From: Halarcobacter sp.
GTDB lineage: Bacteria > Campylobacterota > Campylobacteria > Campylobacterales > Arcobacteraceae
Direction: 5' to 3'
Length of the DNA stretch: 64,000 nt
Assembly (NCBI GenBank): GCA_963676565.1
Contig: OY781089.1
Coordinates: 2,912,001 to 2,976,000, forward strand
Below the pieces are notes generated by a model. It ran no database searches, had not been told where the DNA came from, and saw only the letters and a list, made by a program, of their open reading frames with translations. Made by a program: the position numbers and the translations under genes. Positions 61,009 to 64,000 of the stretch are shown here, in pieces; position 1 is the stretch's first letter; every line of letters begins with the position of its first letter.

Positions 61009-63417
61009 TTATTGATATATAAACACTTTACTTTCTGATAGTTTGGCAGATGAAAGTGCATAAAAAGATTTATCTAATATAGTACTTGCTTTCCCTCTTG
61101 AAATACCGATAGTTGGCACAAGGTCATACTCAGTTCCATCATAAGTTATTTTAAGTTCTTCTAAATATGTGATGATTTCTTTATAGTCTTTATTTTCATC
61201 TACTATAAATCCAATTTTTGGACCAAATAATCTAAATGGTTTTAACTCTTCAGAAATCTTGTCTGTAATTGCCTTAAAAAACTCATTTGAAGTTTTAACA
61301 TTATGTGATTTTGAAAACTCTACCAATGCATTTAGATAAACTTCAAAAAATAAAATCTCTTCTTGATCTTTTTCTCTTAATATATTTTTCAATTTATTAA
61401 TATTTGGTATTTTTGTAACAACATCAGTATATGATGGTATATTGTTTAAATAGTTTTTTAAAATATTTTGTACAACTAATCGGATAAACTCTTTTTTACT
61501 CTCTAATAGTTTTATTACAGCATTTTTATAAAAACTTGAATAATATAGTTTCATTTTATAATCATTGATCAAATCAAGTTCTATAAAATCAAAACCAACT
61601 TCTACTTTTTTATCCTCTTCTTCTGTATTTACAATTTCAGCTTTTACTAAACCATGAAATATATTATTTATAACTAAAGACTCAATCTCTTTATTTAACC
61701 ATTTTTCATTTGGCTCATTCATATCTAAAATACTTTTTGTAAGTGTTTCAATAGATAATAAAGAGTTGTTTTCTATCTCTAGATCTTTTTGTTTCATAAA
61801 AGAGTGAATTAAATTTTGTCCTATTTGGATAAATTGAACATTTGAAAAATTAACTTGTGATCTAAAGTTAAACTCATAAAAATAGTTTTTACCATAATTA
61901 AATAGTATTTGTTTATTGATTGAATGAAACTCTTTTTCTAAATAAGAATTATTATCTAATCTTTTATATATAAAATAAAACTCTTTTGATTTATCTTGAG
62001 AACCTATTAACTTTTCGTATGAAAAATATAAAGAAAGACTAAGATAAATTTTTGAGTAAATACCTGTAAGGTGAGAAACTAAATTGTTTTTTTCAACATA
62101 AGTAATAATTTGTTCAATATATTGATTTTTTGATGTTTCAATTTTAAGAGAAATATACTTTTGTAAAATTCTATCTATAATTTTTAATTTATAATATTCA
62201 AAATAATCATTGTCATATTTATTCTTTTCAAGTAAAGAACTAAACAAGTTATCAAGTTTTTCTTTTGAAATATTATCACTGTATAAAACTATATTATGAA
62301 TGATTATCATATCAACATTTGATATCTCTTCTTGACTAATAAAATAATCAATTAAATCTTGGTTTTCATTTAAAGAACTATTTTTAGTACTTGAGTGAAT
62401 AAGTTTATACTTAAGTAAAAGTTTATCCCTAAAATCATTTAGATTATCACTTTGAATAACTTCATTTTCATTTACATGTTTGTTATATAAAATAAAAAGC
62501 TCTTCTAATTCTTTTGAATCAGCTAACTTAATGTTCTCAATATGAAGCTTTGATTTTAATTTATAAATTAGTGTTAATACTAATGTAACTATCTTCTCAA
62601 GGAAAGTTATGTAGTAATTTTTATCTTGATTTAAAAGATTATAACCATCAAAAATTTTTCCTAGCATAAATACATATTTTTGAATAACTATATTTTTATT
62701 GTTTGAATCAATTGAAAGATAAGTTAAATTTGTAAAATATAAAAGTATTTTCCCTAAAATTGCATTTAAAGAATCAATTCTATTTTTATCTAATGTTATT
62801 TTGCTTTTTGTATTAGTTATAGAAGAAGTAATTAACTCTAAAATGACATTTATATTTTTTCTTCTTTGAATATCAATTGAATTGATGATACAAACTTCAT
62901 TTAATAATTCTAATAATGATAAATAAAAACTAAATGAAAGTTCAAAACTCTTTTCATCATTTTTTAAAAACTCTTCACAAACTTGAATTTCATAATCAGA
63001 AAGTAGTTCTTGAAGTTTTTGTGATGAGAATCCATTTGTTTCATCTATAAGATTGTAATTTTTTCCATTTGACAAAAGGTTTAATAAAATATATATCTCT
63101 TTAAATATATTAACAGAACTTTTTGTGATGATATCTTTCATTCTAGTTTCAATATCTTTTAATAAATAAATTCTATAGTTGTAACTGTTTTTTATAAAGT
63201 CTTTTAAATCGTCAGGTAATTCTTTATTCTCTAAATAAATTTTTGAAATAAAATTTGTAATAATAAAATATTGAGATTCAATGGTATTAACTAAACTACC
63301 CTCTTCTTCTAGATTATATATTTTTAATAAATTTTGAACTTCAAAATTGTCATTATCAATTGGTAAAAGATTATTGGTGTCTAGATTCTCTAAAAGTTCA
63401 TTTTCTACACTAAACAT
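61009..63417 (-). CDS. Large protein with degenerate C-terminal GGDEF-like domain
   Basis: TDVVTKIPN...FRLFGPKIG...TIGIS...ALSSAK matches the GGDEF fold without the catalytic motif. Confidence 0.65.
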   Translation of the reverse strand: MFSVENELLENLDTNNLLPIDNDNFEVQNLLKIYNLEEEGSLVNTIESQYFIITNFISKIYLENKELPDDLKDFIKNSYNYRIYLLKDIETRMKDIITKSSVNIFKEIYILLNLLSNGKNYNLIDETNGFSSQKLQELLSDYEIQVCEEFLKNDEKSFELSFSFYLSLLELLNEVCIINSIDIQRRKNINVILELITSSITNTKSKITLDKNRIDSLNAILGKILLYFTNLTYLSIDSNNKNIVIQKYVFMLGKIFDGYNLLNQDKNYYITFLEKIVTLVLTLIYKLKSKLHIENIKLADSKELEELFILYNKHVNENEVIQSDNLNDFRDKLLLKYKLIHSSTKNSSLNENQDLIDYFISQEEISNVDMIIIHNIVLYSDNISKEKLDNLFSSLLEKNKYDNDYFEYYKLKIIDRILQKYISLKIETSKNQYIEQIITYVEKNNLVSHLTGIYSKIYLSLSLYFSYEKLIGSQDKSKEFYFIYKRLDNNSYLEKEFHSINKQILFNYGKNYFYEFNFRSQVNFSNVQFIQIGQNLIHSFMKQKDLEIENNSLLSIETLTKSILDMNEPNEKWLNKEIESLVINNIFHGLVKAEIVNTEEEDKKVEVGFDFIELDLINDYKMKLYYSSFYKNAVIKLLESKKEFIRLVVQNILKNYLNNIPSYTDVVTKIPNINKLKNILREKDQEEILFFEVYLNALVEFSKSHNVKTSNEFFKAITDKISEELKPFRLFGPKIGFIVDENKDYKEIITYLEELKITYDGTEYDLVPTIGISRGKASTILDKSFYALSSAKLSESKVFIYQ

Positions 63418-63425
63418 AATAATCC

Positions 63426-64000
63426 TTATCTTTCATGCAATGCATTTTGTTTTGTTTTTAAAATAGGTTTTAAAATAAAATCTAAGATTGTTTTCTTTCC
63501 AGTTTTAATATCAACAGAAGCAATCATACCTGGAATAATTGGAAGTTTTTCACCATTTTTTTCTAAATAATTCTTTTCTGTACGAATTACAACTTTATAA
63601 TAACTTTTTTCATCCCTTGACTCTTTATCTTTTATACTATCAGCAGATATTTCAACAATCTTACCATCTAAACCGCCATAAATAGAAAAATCATAAGCTG
63701 TAATCTTTACTATTGCTTGTTGTTTTGGATTAATAAAAGCAATATCTTTGGGATCGATCTTTGCTTCTACAAGTAATATTTCACTATCAGGGACAATCTC
63801 AATTAAATCCATACCAGATTTTATAACTCCACCAATTGTATTCATATTTATTTGCTTAATTATCCCATTTACAGGTGAAATTAAAATAGTTTTTGAAAGT
63901 TTATCTTCTTCTGAGATAAGTTTTGATTCATATTTTTTTATTTCTGTATTTATTTTTTGAAGTTCATTAAAAACTTCAGCTTTAAAAGTTTTTAGTTTTT
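63426..64000 (-). CDS. HlyD family T1SS periplasmic adaptor (C-terminal part; runs off right edge)
   Basis: Frame open to the window end: ISPVNGIIK..NTIGGVI, DIAFI, AYDFSIYGGLDG, IIPGM, ALHER. Confidence 0.92.
   Translation of the reverse strand, partial: KLKTFKAEVFNELQKINTEIKKYESKLISEEDKLSKTILISPVNGIIKQINMNTIGGVIKSGMDLIEIVPDSEILLVEAKIDPKDIAFINPKQQAIVKITAYDFSIYGGLDGKIVEISADSIKDKESRDEKSYYKVVIRTEKNYLEKNGEKLPIIPGMIASVDIKTGKKTILDFILKPILKTKQNALHER

Overview
AT-rich chromosome segment of an Arcobacteraceae-type bacterium (Campylobacterota), inferred from 16S/23S sequence and core-gene content. The left half (1 to ~32.6 kb) is one end of a genomic island integrated at the 3' end of tRNA-Ser(GCT), with a tyrosine integrase, an Xis-like HTH gene and a serine resolvase. 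Its cargo is defence-rich: a type I R-M locus (hsdM-hsdS-[TPR/DUF2971]-hsdR), an Hhe-like DUF4011-helicase-Vsr protein, a WYL regulator and a nuclease/Abi-like pair. It also carries a block of partial or degenerate host-gene paralogues (ClpA/B D2 ring, FtsI, pseudo-DegP, DnaB-NTD-LRR). Four promoters in that block share a GAC-N7-GTC palindrome placed exactly 10 bp before a -10 box, the architecture of WYL-activated (DriD/PafBC-type) promoters. The island also holds an unannotated ~450-490 nt highly structured non-coding region (candidate large ncRNA, minus strand) and two inverted-repeat-bounded segments. The right half is ordinary core genome (pyrF, nusB, ribH, kdsA, murA, tlyA, ribF, cmoA, bcp, glcD, corA, tRNA-Thr and a full rRNA operon). 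All family calls were made by eye from motifs; no searches were run.
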